Origin: Candidatus Poribacteria bacterium
Lineage (GTDB): Bacteria > Poribacteria > WGA-4E > WGA-3G
Direction of reading: 5' to 3'
DNA: 64,000 nt
Assembly (NCBI GenBank): GCA_963663765.2
Contig: CAXXUA010000011.1
Location: forward strand, 96,001 to 160,000
Each line of letters opens with the position of its first letter. The first letter of the stretch is position 1. This document shows positions 1 through 9,427 of this stretch, one piece after another. A program made the position numbers and the translations under genes. The notes under the pieces were generated by a model. It did not search any database, had not been told where the DNA came from, and worked only from the letters and a program-made list of their open reading frames with translations.

Positions 1-28
1 CTTGAGCAGGACCTGTTTGTTGTTCCAT
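1..28 (-). CDS. 5' end of a gene running off the left edge (MEQQTGPAQ...)
   Basis: ATG at 28-26, preceded by an AGGAG RBS just after the stop of the HD-domain gene. Confidence 0.5.
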
Positions 29-40
29 AATAAAACTCCT

Positions 41-1054
41 TTATATATCACCTCGTCCTTCGCGTTCCAGTAATACTAAGAAATCACTCACACGATAGAT
101 AGCTTCTTCGGCGCGTTGGCGTGCAGATTCGCTTTTTTCTTCTTCAGCTAACCACCGTTGACGTTGTGGAAGCCAATCAGTTTGTAGATAATTGAGTTGA
201 TTCAGGAAATGTGGGTCTTCTGTTTCACTGACAAAATATTCAATAATACCAAGTAAACCGTATTTACGATTGATCTCCATATCCTCTAATTCTCCTACCA
301 TTTGTGCAAAGAGTTGCTGGTTCCGATCCTGTCTGGCTTGTGCGACTTCACGCGACGATTCAGTCAGTAATTTATCAACAAACTCCTGCTTGGAATTAAT
401 CCAACGTGGTAGATTTCTGACATATTCCTCTAAATTAAAATCCCCACGTTGCAGTGCAAAATATGCATGGATATGGATATTGCGGAAAAAGCCTGTATAA
501 CCAACATTCGGATCCATTGTGTCAGCATCGTAAAGAATCTGGTTTTCTATACTACCATACAACAACTTAAAGTCTTCAGCAGTTAGATTTGTAGGCTTCA
601 AGTGTGCTAATACAACAGAGGTGGCGGCTTCAACAAATGCAGTATCAAAATCGTACATTGCCAAAATGTTTTCTGTGATGACAGCACCAGATTCATGATG
701 AACTTTTCCATGTAAATTGTGCTTATCATAAAGTTCGGTAACAATATTCTTTCCTGCAGGGGTGAGCATTTCATTAAGCCAGAATCCGTTGTGGTCAAAA
801 ATTCGCTTTCCGTTATCATCGGTTAGTATAACACCGTCGTAACGTTTTGTGATGTCATGTAACGTTCCAGCGACTTCCAACAGTTTGACATCTCCACCTT
901 CGCGTCTACCTAACTCCATGCTCATCGCTCTGACGCGCATCGTGTGGTTCCAAGTATAGTGTCGCCATTGGAAACCAACGCGGTTGTGTTCCCAAAGACC
1001 AAAAGTGTCGTTGACAAGGGTTTCCAATTCATTCAAGACTTTGGTGTAATTCAT
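41..1054 (-). CDS. HD-domain metal-dependent phosphohydrolase
   Basis: Motif order H(TMRV)...LHDITK...HH...YDAD, typical of the HD superfamily. Confidence 0.75.
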   Translation of the reverse strand: MNYTKVLNELETLVNDTFGLWEHNRVGFQWRHYTWNHTMRVRAMSMELGRREGGDVKLLEVAGTLHDITKRYDGVILTDDNGKRIFDHNGFWLNEMLTPAGKNIVTELYDKHNLHGKVHHESGAVITENILAMYDFDTAFVEAATSVVLAHLKPTNLTAEDFKLLYGSIENQILYDADTMDPNVGYTGFFRNIHIHAYFALQRGDFNLEEYVRNLPRWINSKQEFVDKLLTESSREVAQARQDRNQQLFAQMVGELEDMEINRKYGLLGIIEYFVSETEDPHFLNQLNYLQTDWLPQRQRWLAEEEKSESARQRAEEAIYRVSDFLVLLEREGRGDI

Positions 1055-1068
1055 ATAAACCTCTTTTC

Positions 1069-1827
1069 TTATCTGGCATCGTATTTAACACGAATTAATG
1101 ACAACCCGTGAGCAGGTACAGATGGACCTGCCACTGATCTGTCCTTTTCTGACAATATTTTGTGGAATAGTACACATGCGTTTTCCGCATTGCATGACTC
1201 ATGTCTGAGACATTTTAATATTGTCCCGACAATAGCACGAACCATTCCACGTAAAAAAGAATCTGCTTCTATTTCAATGAAGACTTCATGATCGGTTTTC
1301 CAACAAATCGCTTCAAAAATCTCACATACAGGATTGTGCCGATCACTCCCGGTTTTCTGGAAAGAGGAAAAATCCATTTCACCAACAAGACAATTGCAAA
1401 TTGCACCGATTGAATTCACGTCAATATCGTTTGGATAGAAGTATGCCGTATGTCGAGTAAGTGCTGAAGGGTAATCTCGATTTAGTAGCGTATATCTATA
1501 TCTACGACTTGTAGCACTGAATCGTGCATGAAAATCAACTGACACCTCCGAAGCTGAAGAAACAACAATATCGTGTGGTAATAGAGTATTCAGTCCTTTT
1601 TTGTAAGCGATGATAGGAATTGTTACTTCCGTGTGGAAATTTGCTACCTGTCCTTCAGCGTGAACACCCGTATCAGTTCTCCCCGCACCAATAATATGTA
1701 CTGATGTTTTGGTTAATTGTGTGAGTGCTTCCTCAACTGTTCCCTGAATTGTCGGCATGTTAGGTTGTTTCTGCCATCCGTTGTAATTCGTCCCATCGTA
1801 TTCAAGTACAAGTTTGATGTTTCGCAT
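1069..1827 (-). CDS. truA: tRNA pseudouridine(38-40) synthase TruA
   Basis: YDGTNYNGWQKQ, GAGRTDTGVHAEGQV, FHARFSATSRRYRY, FLRGMVRAIVG, PAHGL. Confidence 0.97.
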   Translation of the reverse strand: MRNIKLVLEYDGTNYNGWQKQPNMPTIQGTVEEALTQLTKTSVHIIGAGRTDTGVHAEGQVANFHTEVTIPIIAYKKGLNTLLPHDIVVSSASEVSVDFHARFSATSRRYRYTLLNRDYPSALTRHTAYFYPNDIDVNSIGAICNCLVGEMDFSSFQKTGSDRHNPVCEIFEAICWKTDHEVFIEIEADSFLRGMVRAIVGTILKCLRHESCNAENACVLFHKILSEKDRSVAGPSVPAHGLSLIRVKYDAR

Positions 1828-1956
1828 TATATCACGCTAATCTATAAAAACACATTGATAATTACAGATTATCATATACTGTATTTGGAAGTCAATGTAT
1901 TTTCAGTTGCGGGAGTGTGCAAAGTTTTTGCACAAACTGCTCATTCTCACTCATGG

Positions 1957-2790
1957 TAGGCGTGCTTTGTAAGCGCTCCCCCCACCTGTACTCCCCTGCA
2001 GGCGTGCTTTGTAAGCGGCCCCCCACCTGCACTCCCCTGCAGGCGTGCTTTGTAAGAGCGCCATCCTCGCCCCCTACCTGCACTCCCCTGCAGGCGTGCT
2101 TTGTAAGCGCGCCATCCTCGCCCCCCACCTGCACTCCCCTGCAGGCGTGCTTTGTAAGCGCGCCATCCTCGCCCCCCACCTGCACTCCCCTGCAGGCGTG
2201 CTTTGTAAGCGCGCCCCCACCTGCACTCCCCTGCAGGCGTGCTTTGTAAGCGCGCGCCCCACCTACACTCCCCTGCAGGCGTGCTTTGTAAGCGCGCCAT
2301 CCTCGCCCCCCACCTGCAGGCGTGCTTTGTAAGCGCGCCCCCCACCTGCACTCCCCTGCAGGCGTGCTTTGTAAGCGCGCCCCCCACCTGCACTCCCTGC
2401 AGGCGTGCTTTGTAAGCGCGCCCCCCACCTGCACTCCCTGCAGGCGTGCTTTGTAAGCGCGCCCCCACCTGCACTCCCCTGCAGGCGTGCTTTGTAAGCG
2501 CGCGCCCCACCTGCACTCCCCTGCAGGCGTGCTTTGTAAGCGCGCCATCCTCGCCCCCCACCTGCAGGCGTGCTTTGTAAGCGCGCGCCCCACCTGCACT
2601 CCCCTGCAGGCGTGCTTTGTAAGCGCGCCCCCCACCTGCACTCCCCTGCAGGCGTGCTTTGTAAGCGCGCCCCCACCTGCACTCCCTGCAGGCGTGCTTT
2701 GTAAGCGCCCCCCACCTGCACTCCCCTGCAGGCGTGCTTTGTAAGCGCGCCATCCTCGCCCCCCACCTGCAGGCGTGCTTTGTAAACGCA
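1957..2790. repeat. GC-rich tandem array of a REP-like hairpin (20 copies of core GGCGTGCTTTGTAA; units ~40-51 bp)
   Basis: Direct count of the core. Units differ by a CCATCCTCG insert, C-run length and presence of ACTCCCCT. Single copies of the core at 44126, 52559 and (interrupted) 37404. Confidence 0.95.
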
Positions 2791-2793
2791 CCC

Positions 2794-2935
2794 CATAAGC
2801 GTCAAATTAAGGATTTTGACCTCTTGTGGGAGGGGTTTTCAACCCCGATTTTACGCGCTTTTCCTCTCAAATCGGGGTTGAAAACCCCTCCCACAAGAGA
2901 AACACTAACACTTTTTTCTTAAATTGACGCCTATG
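2794..2935. mobile_element. Nested MITE-like element, TIR CATAAGCGTCAAATTAAG/CTTAAATTGACGCCTATG, holding an inverted REP-like pair
   Basis: TIRs read directly. Interior TCTTGTGGGAGGGGTTTTCAACCCCGAT and its exact reverse complement. Confidence 0.75.
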
Positions 2936-3454
2936 GGGCGTGGTTGCCACGCCCGATCTACGCAAACTCAAAACAAAACGGGTAGGGGAACCCAACCCAT
3001 ACGTATTCAACTACCGATTGATTGTCAAACTTCATTAGGTGTCAATATAAAAAAATATTGTTAATATTAACCATATTCTTCAGTCCCGTAGGGACGATAT
3101 GTTTATTCTTCTATGTCGTTCCTATGGAACTCAAGAGAGGGTGATAACACCTATCTATAAACATTGCGTCCCTACGGGACTAAAGAGAACAATATTTTGT
3201 ACCTCTGTGCAAAAACTTTACACACCCGTTACGGGAGTGTAATCCGTGATTCTGTCTGAACAAGGATTTTCCTGGTTCAGATTAAGAATGCGATAAAACC
3301 TCAAAATAAGCAAACCGATAGACCAACGCCTGTGATAAAATTTACTCCGAAAATCGAAATCTGATTTACCCTGAAGCCCTGTGGATATAACTTATTTTTT
3401 AGGAAAACACCCTATTATTAAATAGTAACATATAGACTAAAAGAAAAATAAAAT

Positions 3455-3483
3455 TTGACATTTATTATAAAATGTCGTATTAT
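3455..3483 (+). promoter_or_regulatory. Sigma70-type promoter overlapped by a palindrome
   Basis: TTGACA-17bp-TATTAT; inverted repeat GACATTT-N6-AAATGTC over the -35 box and spacer. Confidence 0.55.
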
Positions 3484-3850
3484 AACTATTGTAGAGTTTA
3501 GAATTTATTGGATGATTGCTTCGTAGAATGCACCAGATCATGGGTTTATGAGGGAAAAAGTCGGTATTTCTGTGATTTACCTTCATCCTCCTATACATTA
3601 TTTCTCACACATGAGGATTTAATATTGATTAACCGATATATGGAAACAGCAAACCAAAAAGTGTACACGTAAAGTGAACACCTTTTGGTCCGATTTTTTC
3701 AGCAGGTATTATCTGCGTATTGGACTTGGTAGGTTTGTTTTAACTATAGTTAACTATAAGTTATTACCACCCCCCCCCTTCAATTCACATTCGTTAATAT
3801 TTATTATTTACAAAGTCTTCCCGCAAACATTCGGTTTGTGGTATTTTCGT

Positions 3851-3877
3851 GCCCGCACATTTCGTCGCGGGCTTTTG
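3851..3877 (+). terminator. Possible intrinsic terminator/attenuator in the leader of the 3989-7070 cluster
   Basis: GCCCGC...GCGGGC stem followed by TTTTGTTGTT. Confidence 0.45.
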
Positions 3878-3988
3878 TTGTTGCATTGGAATTCATTTCA
3901 ATGCTTGTCATCCGTGTTGTGTTATATGCACAATACAGGATATTAACTAATAGTTTTATATTGATAATATATCACAAAGGACATACAA

Positions 3989-4354
3989 TTGATGATTAAA
4001 AGACCTTTAGAATTAATCCGCACCTATCAAGGTGAATGCTTACTCACTGTCATTGTTATGGTCACAATTTTCAGTTTTATGACGCTCTTCGGACATGGGT
4101 TATCTGATGCGCCTCTCTCAACCGAAGCCCCATCTGGTCTGATACCCATATTCAAGCCTGAGTGCATAACAAGACAGGACTGTGAAAAACCATACATAAT
4201 CTGTCCAAACAAAAGAATATCGTGTCCTCAGAAGGTAGACAAAATTGGTAACCATATTATTCCTGACCGGGGGATCATCAACCCCGCATTAACTGAACCT
4301 TGCCAACAAGACGCATTAAGTTCGCAAGGACACACACAAATAAGGAGGTATTGA
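3989..4354 (+). CDS. Hypothetical small protein with an N-terminal hydrophobic segment and a Cys cluster
   Basis: AAAGGA RBS, TM-like LLTVIVMVTIFSFMTLFG, four clustered Cys. Its RBS and 3' ~110 bp recur at 7943-8075. Confidence 0.55.
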   Translation: MMIKRPLELIRTYQGECLLTVIVMVTIFSFMTLFGHGLSDAPLSTEAPSGLIPIFKPECITRQDCEKPYIICPNKRISCPQKVDKIGNHIIPDRGIINPALTEPCQQDALSSQGHTQIRRY

Positions 4355-4355
4355 C

Positions 4356-5285
4356 ATGCCAAAACAATTACAGTGGGCAATAGGTGGACTCGCGCTACTT
4401 ATAATCGGTTTCGTTGCATTGCAAATATACTTACATGTAGACATGAAACAGTTCAAAGAGGAACTTGCCGACCCAGAACCTAAAACGGAGACGGAAACCG
4501 AACAACCCCCCGACCAGGTGCAAGTACCTGAAGTGGATATCAGACCGCCTCAGCCAGATGACGGACGTAAGTATGAGTGGCACGGAGATCATTGGCATGA
4601 AGTGCTTGAATTAGAAAACGAATCGTCTATTGATGCAGAACAATCTGTGCCTTTGGTACAGATTGGGTGGGAATATCATACCACACGACAAGGTACCCGT
4701 TATCTCAAGGATCCGGGCTGGTCAGATCACAGCGAAGCAAACATAACCCCAAAGGGGAATCCACTTATAATAGATTGGGGGAGAATGCCTGAAATCATTG
4801 GGATGGTTGATTGGTTTGATCCGTTGACTTGGGAATCCTACCGCAATTTCTGGGGCTTTGATTTTCCCTATATTGGAGAAAATGGTGTTCATCCTTACCG
4901 AGCTGTAGTCGATAACCACGGCACACCGCTACAAATGTTTCGAAATGTTGCTCTTGTGACGAATTATACAACGCGTACCGGATTTCGTCCGACCCCGGAG
5001 CAATTAGAACAATATAACGAGTTGCAAGACCTCTATAAAGGCGCGCTTATCTTGGGCGATTCCAGTACCGCCGAAGCACAAAAACAAAAGATTGATACGC
5101 TCGTTTCCTCCGCACAAGGTGAAATCCCCAATCCATATTCTTATTTTATAGAATTCTATGGTGATCCTGTTGGACCGGGACCTGACCCACCAGAAGTGCG
5201 AAGTAAACGGCAGGCAGATGCGATAAAGAATCTTTACAAACGATTGGAAATTCCGCATCTCTATGAGTTGTATGAACTCGAATAA
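4356..5285 (+). CDS. Membrane-anchored hypothetical protein with a YEWHGDHWHEV motif
   Basis: AGGAGG RBS, N-terminal TM helix, Pro/Glu-rich linker, HGDHWH motif; paralog at 8076. Confidence 0.85.
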   Translation: MPKQLQWAIGGLALLIIGFVALQIYLHVDMKQFKEELADPEPKTETETEQPPDQVQVPEVDIRPPQPDDGRKYEWHGDHWHEVLELENESSIDAEQSVPLVQIGWEYHTTRQGTRYLKDPGWSDHSEANITPKGNPLIIDWGRMPEIIGMVDWFDPLTWESYRNFWGFDFPYIGENGVHPYRAVVDNHGTPLQMFRNVALVTNYTTRTGFRPTPEQLEQYNELQDLYKGALILGDSSTAEAQKQKIDTLVSSAQGEIPNPYSYFIEFYGDPVGPGPDPPEVRSKRQADAIKNLYKRLEIPHLYELYELE

Positions 5286-5339
5286 TTGTAGGCTGCACAG
5301 AAGCGCAGTCTCATTACATCTATAAAAGGGAATATAATA

Positions 5340-7070
5340 ATGCATTATACACATCAGAAATACCAAATTTTCTTTTTCTTCGTCCTATTTCTTACTTTTT
5401 TCTTGAACGTTAATAGTTACCCAGAGATCACGACAACTTCAGGTGTTGTCAATTTCAGTGATTCTTGGCTCAGTTCCGAACCACAGAATGGTGTTACCTA
5501 CACAGGGACACGGAATGTCATTCCACCTGCTCCGGGTTCCACAGCAACAAAGAAACTGATTTACGATGAAAGTTGGGATCCGCCGAATCCGAAGGAAGGG
5601 AAGGAAGGACCTGATGAGATTATCACCTACACGTTAACATCTCGTGTCACGGGTCAAGGCGTGATACTCATGTCAATAAGTGGACAAACGACGAAAAGCT
5701 ATGATGTCGGTAGTTTTCGTCCCCAAAATGTACAACCCACGTCTCTTACGGTTGAAACAAACCTTGAGGCATACCGTATAGAGAAGTATACGAACCTTCG
5801 CTCTTATGTAGGGTCGTATGTCCCATCTATTTACGACACGTGTTACCCTGTTGAAAACAAAGGATACGATACTGAGATTAAGGCAGGCACTGAAAACTTG
5901 AGTGCTTCTGGAATAGTTACATCTAAACAAATTACGGTTTCCTACGGCACCGAAACAGCATTGCAAAAGTATTTTACCGTTGGCGCTTCTTGGCCACCTG
6001 GTGGTGATGCAAGTTTCGGCGGTGGGAAATCAGAAACTTTAAAGTGGGGATGGACTTTAGATGATCATAGCGGCAACACTTCCACACCTGCAAGTCTTAA
6101 TGGTTCCTTTACGGTAGTACTAAACGACACAGATTTCCACAACAATTCTCCTTCTGGGGAAAATGTACAGCCTCCAGCTCCATGTGCAACTTGTCCTAAT
6201 TGTCAGAGATCTGTGCATACTGAAACCGATCACGTGAAACGCACTTGTCCACTTGATGGTACTCCTAAAGGCTGTGGTGAACCTATTTACGACTGCACAG
6301 ATGAAGAAGAGAAACTTCAGGATGCCTGGCACATGGTACGTACTTGCACGAATCCCGCTTCAATTACATATTTCCCACTTTGCGGTGATAAATTTAGACA
6401 TTGTAAAAATGGGAATTGTACGACCCGTGTTAGGTTTTGGAAAGGGCACTCTGATGGTAGCATCTCTCAAGCTACCGCTGGGGTTACCAACGGATACCCG
6501 GAAAGCCATGTTTTAGAAGATCCGCCCGACGATGATACTGAACTCGCTTCAGATACTTCACCCGATTGTGCCTCATGTACAAGTACAAGCGAGTGCTCAA
6601 CTTGTTCAAGTGATGGTGACGCGTCAGCATCTACCGATTGCGCCTCATGTACGAGTACGAGCGAGTGTTCTGCATGCGATACAACTGAGACATCAACTTC
6701 TGCAACGCCTACCGAGCCAGGTTTATATCCGCCATCGGATGATGACTCTACTATCACGATTTATGACGAATTGATGGTAGATTCTTACCCCGGGCAAGAA
6801 GATATCAGCGTGATTTTGGTGATGCCTTCCGGCAAAGGGTATTCTCAGATTTACTTGTATTTAGCTGACGCTAATGACACGGGGTATGGCAACCAGTTAG
6901 GCGATACGCTTCGCCCATCAAGTTCATCTCTTGTAACGGAAGTGTCGCTTGAGATTGACATACCCAATGATGTCTCGGGTGTGTGTACCATTACGGCGTA
7001 TATTCACCCGCATCCCAGTGCGTCGGATCAAACGTGTTATGAGTATAGTTTCAAAATTTACATATCCTAA
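5340..7070 (+). CDS. Secreted Cys/His-rich hypothetical protein
   Basis: Signal-peptide-like N-terminus, CxxCxxC/His-rich centre, duplicated DCASCTSTSECS(T/A)C motif, acidic Ser/Thr linker. Confidence 0.85.
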   Translation: MHYTHQKYQIFFFFVLFLTFFLNVNSYPEITTTSGVVNFSDSWLSSEPQNGVTYTGTRNVIPPAPGSTATKKLIYDESWDPPNPKEGKEGPDEIITYTLTSRVTGQGVILMSISGQTTKSYDVGSFRPQNVQPTSLTVETNLEAYRIEKYTNLRSYVGSYVPSIYDTCYPVENKGYDTEIKAGTENLSASGIVTSKQITVSYGTETALQKYFTVGASWPPGGDASFGGGKSETLKWGWTLDDHSGNTSTPASLNGSFTVVLNDTDFHNNSPSGENVQPPAPCATCPNCQRSVHTETDHVKRTCPLDGTPKGCGEPIYDCTDEEEKLQDAWHMVRTCTNPASITYFPLCGDKFRHCKNGNCTTRVRFWKGHSDGSISQATAGVTNGYPESHVLEDPPDDDTELASDTSPDCASCTSTSECSTCSSDGDASASTDCASCTSTSECSACDTTETSTSATPTEPGLYPPSDDDSTITIYDELMVDSYPGQEDISVILVMPSGKGYSQIYLYLADANDTGYGNQLGDTLRPSSSSLVTEVSLEIDIPNDVSGVCTITAYIHPHPSASDQTCYEYSFKIYIS

Positions 7071-7099
7071 ACACCTTAGGTTTTGAGAGACTTTATTAC

Positions 7100-7133
7100 A
7101 GGTAGGTATCCTTTTTGGGTATCTGCCTTTTTT
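7100..7133 (+). terminator. Intrinsic terminator
   Basis: AGGTAGGTATCC/GGGTATCTGCCT stem (with G-U pairs) plus T tract, 30 bp after the stop. Confidence 0.7.
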
Positions 7134-7264
7134 CTTCAGAATAAGTCGTTTTGGACTTGAAAAGTTGTCAAAAAGTGCGATAACTCCCTATTTATAGTGA
7201 ACTCTATCATTACTTACACACTTTTATAATTTCATCTTCGGTCTAAAACTGTGTCTTTAACTTA

Positions 7265-7864
7265 CAATACCTTCGCCAATAATATACATTCTGTCAGATT
7301 GTGCGGTCAGTTGTAGCACATTCTTCCAGATTGTGCGGTCAGTTGTAGCACATTCTTCCAGATTGTGCGGTCAGTTGTAGCACATTCTTCCAGATTGTGC
7401 GGTCAGTTGTAGCACATTCTTCCAGATTGTGCGGTCAGTTGTAGCACATTCTTCCAGATTGTGCGGTCAGTTGTAGCACATTCTTCCAGATTGTGCGGTC
7501 AGTTGTAGCACATTCTTCCAGATTGTGCGGTCAGTTGTAGCACATTCTTCCAGATTGTGCGGTCAGTTGTAGCACATTCTTCCAGATTGTGCGGTCAGTT
7601 GTAGCACATTCTTCCAGATTGTGCGGTCAGTTGTAGCACATTCTTCCAGATTGTGCGGTCAGTTGTAGCACATTCTTCCAGATTGTGCATATAAATTATT
7701 CTGTCAGATTCTATCGTCAAATTAGACGCTATGATAATTAAAAATACTTCAACGATAACCTGAAGTTATTTTTATTTATGTAATCCTAACAATATCACAG
7801 AGCAATGGTAGATCAACACTATATACTCATTCAACTGAAGCACTCAAAAATGGCGAAGGTATTG
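7265..7864. mobile_element. MITE-like element, TIR CAATACCTTCGCCA/TGGCGAAGGTATTG
   Basis: Perfect 14-bp TIRs and direct repeat TAACTTA on both flanks; sister copy at 12615-12890. Confidence 0.85.
7305..7688. repeat. 12 x 32-bp perfect tandem repeat GGTCAGTTGTAGCACATTCTTCCAGATTGTGC
   Basis: 384 bp / 32. Each unit has GTAG followed by a GCACA..TGTGC hairpin. Confidence 0.95.
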
Positions 7865-8075
7865 TAACTTATGAAGGATATTTCATACTGATGCGTTGAT
7901 TTAGAGTTTGCATCTTTGGATAACATATAGATTTATCTTAACAATATATCACAAAGGAGATATACTGGTAACCATATTATTCCAGAACGGGGGATCATCA
8001 ATCCCGCATTAACCGAACCTTGCCAGCAAGACGTATTTAGTTCGCAAGGGGACACACAATTAAGGAATTATTGAC

Positions 8076-8795
8076 ATGACAAAGCAATTACAGTTGGCAT
8101 TAGGGGGACTCGTGCTACTTATAGTGGGTTTCGTGGCATTGCAAATATACTTGCATGTAGACATGAAAAACTTCAAGGAGGAACTTGCCGGCCCAGACCC
8201 CAAAACGGAAACCGAACAACCCCCCGAACAGGCGCAAGTGCCTGAAGTGGATAACAGACCACCACAGCCAGATGATGGACGTAAGTATGAGTGGCACGGG
8301 GATCATTGGCATGAAGTGCCGATGGCACAAAAAGAATCTATGCCGTTGCATGAAGGTTCCTTGACATTTCACGAGGAGCTGCTCAAAACAAATCCCGTGA
8401 AAGCACTTCGCCTGCAAGCAGAAGAACGCGGACATTGGAGCGCTAAATGGATACCGCCATTTCCACCTGACGATCAGGAAGCAGCTGAGATCGCCCGGGC
8501 GAGATATCGCCTTATCTAATATGAAACTATTGGAGATACAAACAATCCCGAATACAAAAAAGCAAATAGTGCAGCTTGGAGGCAGGCAGAGCCTAGGCAG
8601 AAGATAATAAGGGAGGCGTATACCGCAAACGATCATGATGCAATAGCGCGCATTTGTGATTTAATGAAGTTAATCTGGCCGCATTTTCCTGAATCAGACG
8701 TTCCTCCGCTTTATGAAAAAGGGTGGCGTACGTCACCTTCAGACTATTTTCCAGTGCACATTGAAGATTTGAAACTTCCACTTTCCACTCCATAA
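8076..8795 (+). pseudogene. Second HGDHWH-family gene, interrupted by an in-frame TAA at 8517-8519
   Basis: The N-terminal ~80 aa are near-identical to the 4356 gene. The frame stays open for ~91 codons after the TAA (YETIGDTNNPEY...LPLSTP) to a stop at 8793-8795, followed by an RBS. Confidence 0.7.
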
Positions 8796-8812
8796 TAAAA
8801 GGAGAAATTTTC

Positions 8813-9010
8813 ATTTTTAAAACACTTTCATTCCTAACACTTATCCTTTGTGTGTTTTCAATCTTTATTTACAATAACGTATCCTTTGCAGTCAATCCAC
8901 TATCCTATAATAAAGATCAACTTAATATCAAGTATCAGGTTAATAACAGTGGATCGGGTAATACATGGGGTAATCCGGTTGATGTTTTTGAAAATGTGAC
9001 AGTAGACTGA
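8813..9010 (+). pseudogene. Relic of a secreted-protein gene (ATT in place of a start codon, truncated)
   Basis: AAGGAG RBS, then (I)FKTLSFLTLILCVFSIFIYNNVSFA-VNP, which looks like a signal peptide. Same relative position as the 5340 gene in cassette 1. Confidence 0.5.
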
Positions 9011-9427
9011 AAACTAGTGCCTTTTTCCTTTGTGAGTTCCATGTTACAAAAACAGGTGCCAGAGGTTATATCACTTAGAAAAAGTATCATCTAAGCAATA
9101 ACATTAGTCACAGAAATCTTATCCTGTTATTCTGTAAATCCCGGGGAATGCTATAAGGCATTCATACCCGGGGAATGCTTTATAGCATTCATACCCGGGG
9201 AGTGCCTTAATGGCATTCATACCGTTGATTTCTTGATTTGAAAATCCTGGTTTAGACAGAATCACGGTTTCGCGGATAAGACTTCTCTACCAACAGTTTT
9301 GGCACACGAATAACGCAACATAAGTAAAACGATCTCATGCAGGTGTCTTATCCGCGTAATCCGTATAATCAGCGATTCTAAACCCAATCCGCGATGCTGT
9401 TTGAACAACGATTAGCAAACAAACGAT

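Larger units (their letters stand above)
1913..3227. mobile_element. Composite MITE-like element, TIR family G(A/G)GTGTG(C/T)AAAGTTTTTG
   Basis: Left GAGTGTGCAAAGTTTTTGCAC, right GTGCAAAAACTTTACACACCC. Flanks gttgcgg/gttacgg. The left end and ~190 bp of the right end are shared with 52203-52778. Confidence 0.75.

Noticed and set aside
1892-2922. Repeat-protein ORFs (299, 268, 180 aa etc.)
   Set aside because: Open in several frames on both strands only because the DNA repeat lacks stops; no credible RBS or start
7305-7688. CRISPR array
   Set aside because: Perfect head-to-tail 32-mers with no spacers
4247-8320. Diversity-generating retroelement TR/VR pair
   Set aside because: Differences between the copies are not confined to adenines, the shared part is N-terminal, and no reverse transcriptase is present
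8517-8519. Stop-codon recoding or readthrough
   Set aside because: TAA terminates many normal genes in the window; a nonsense mutation is simpler
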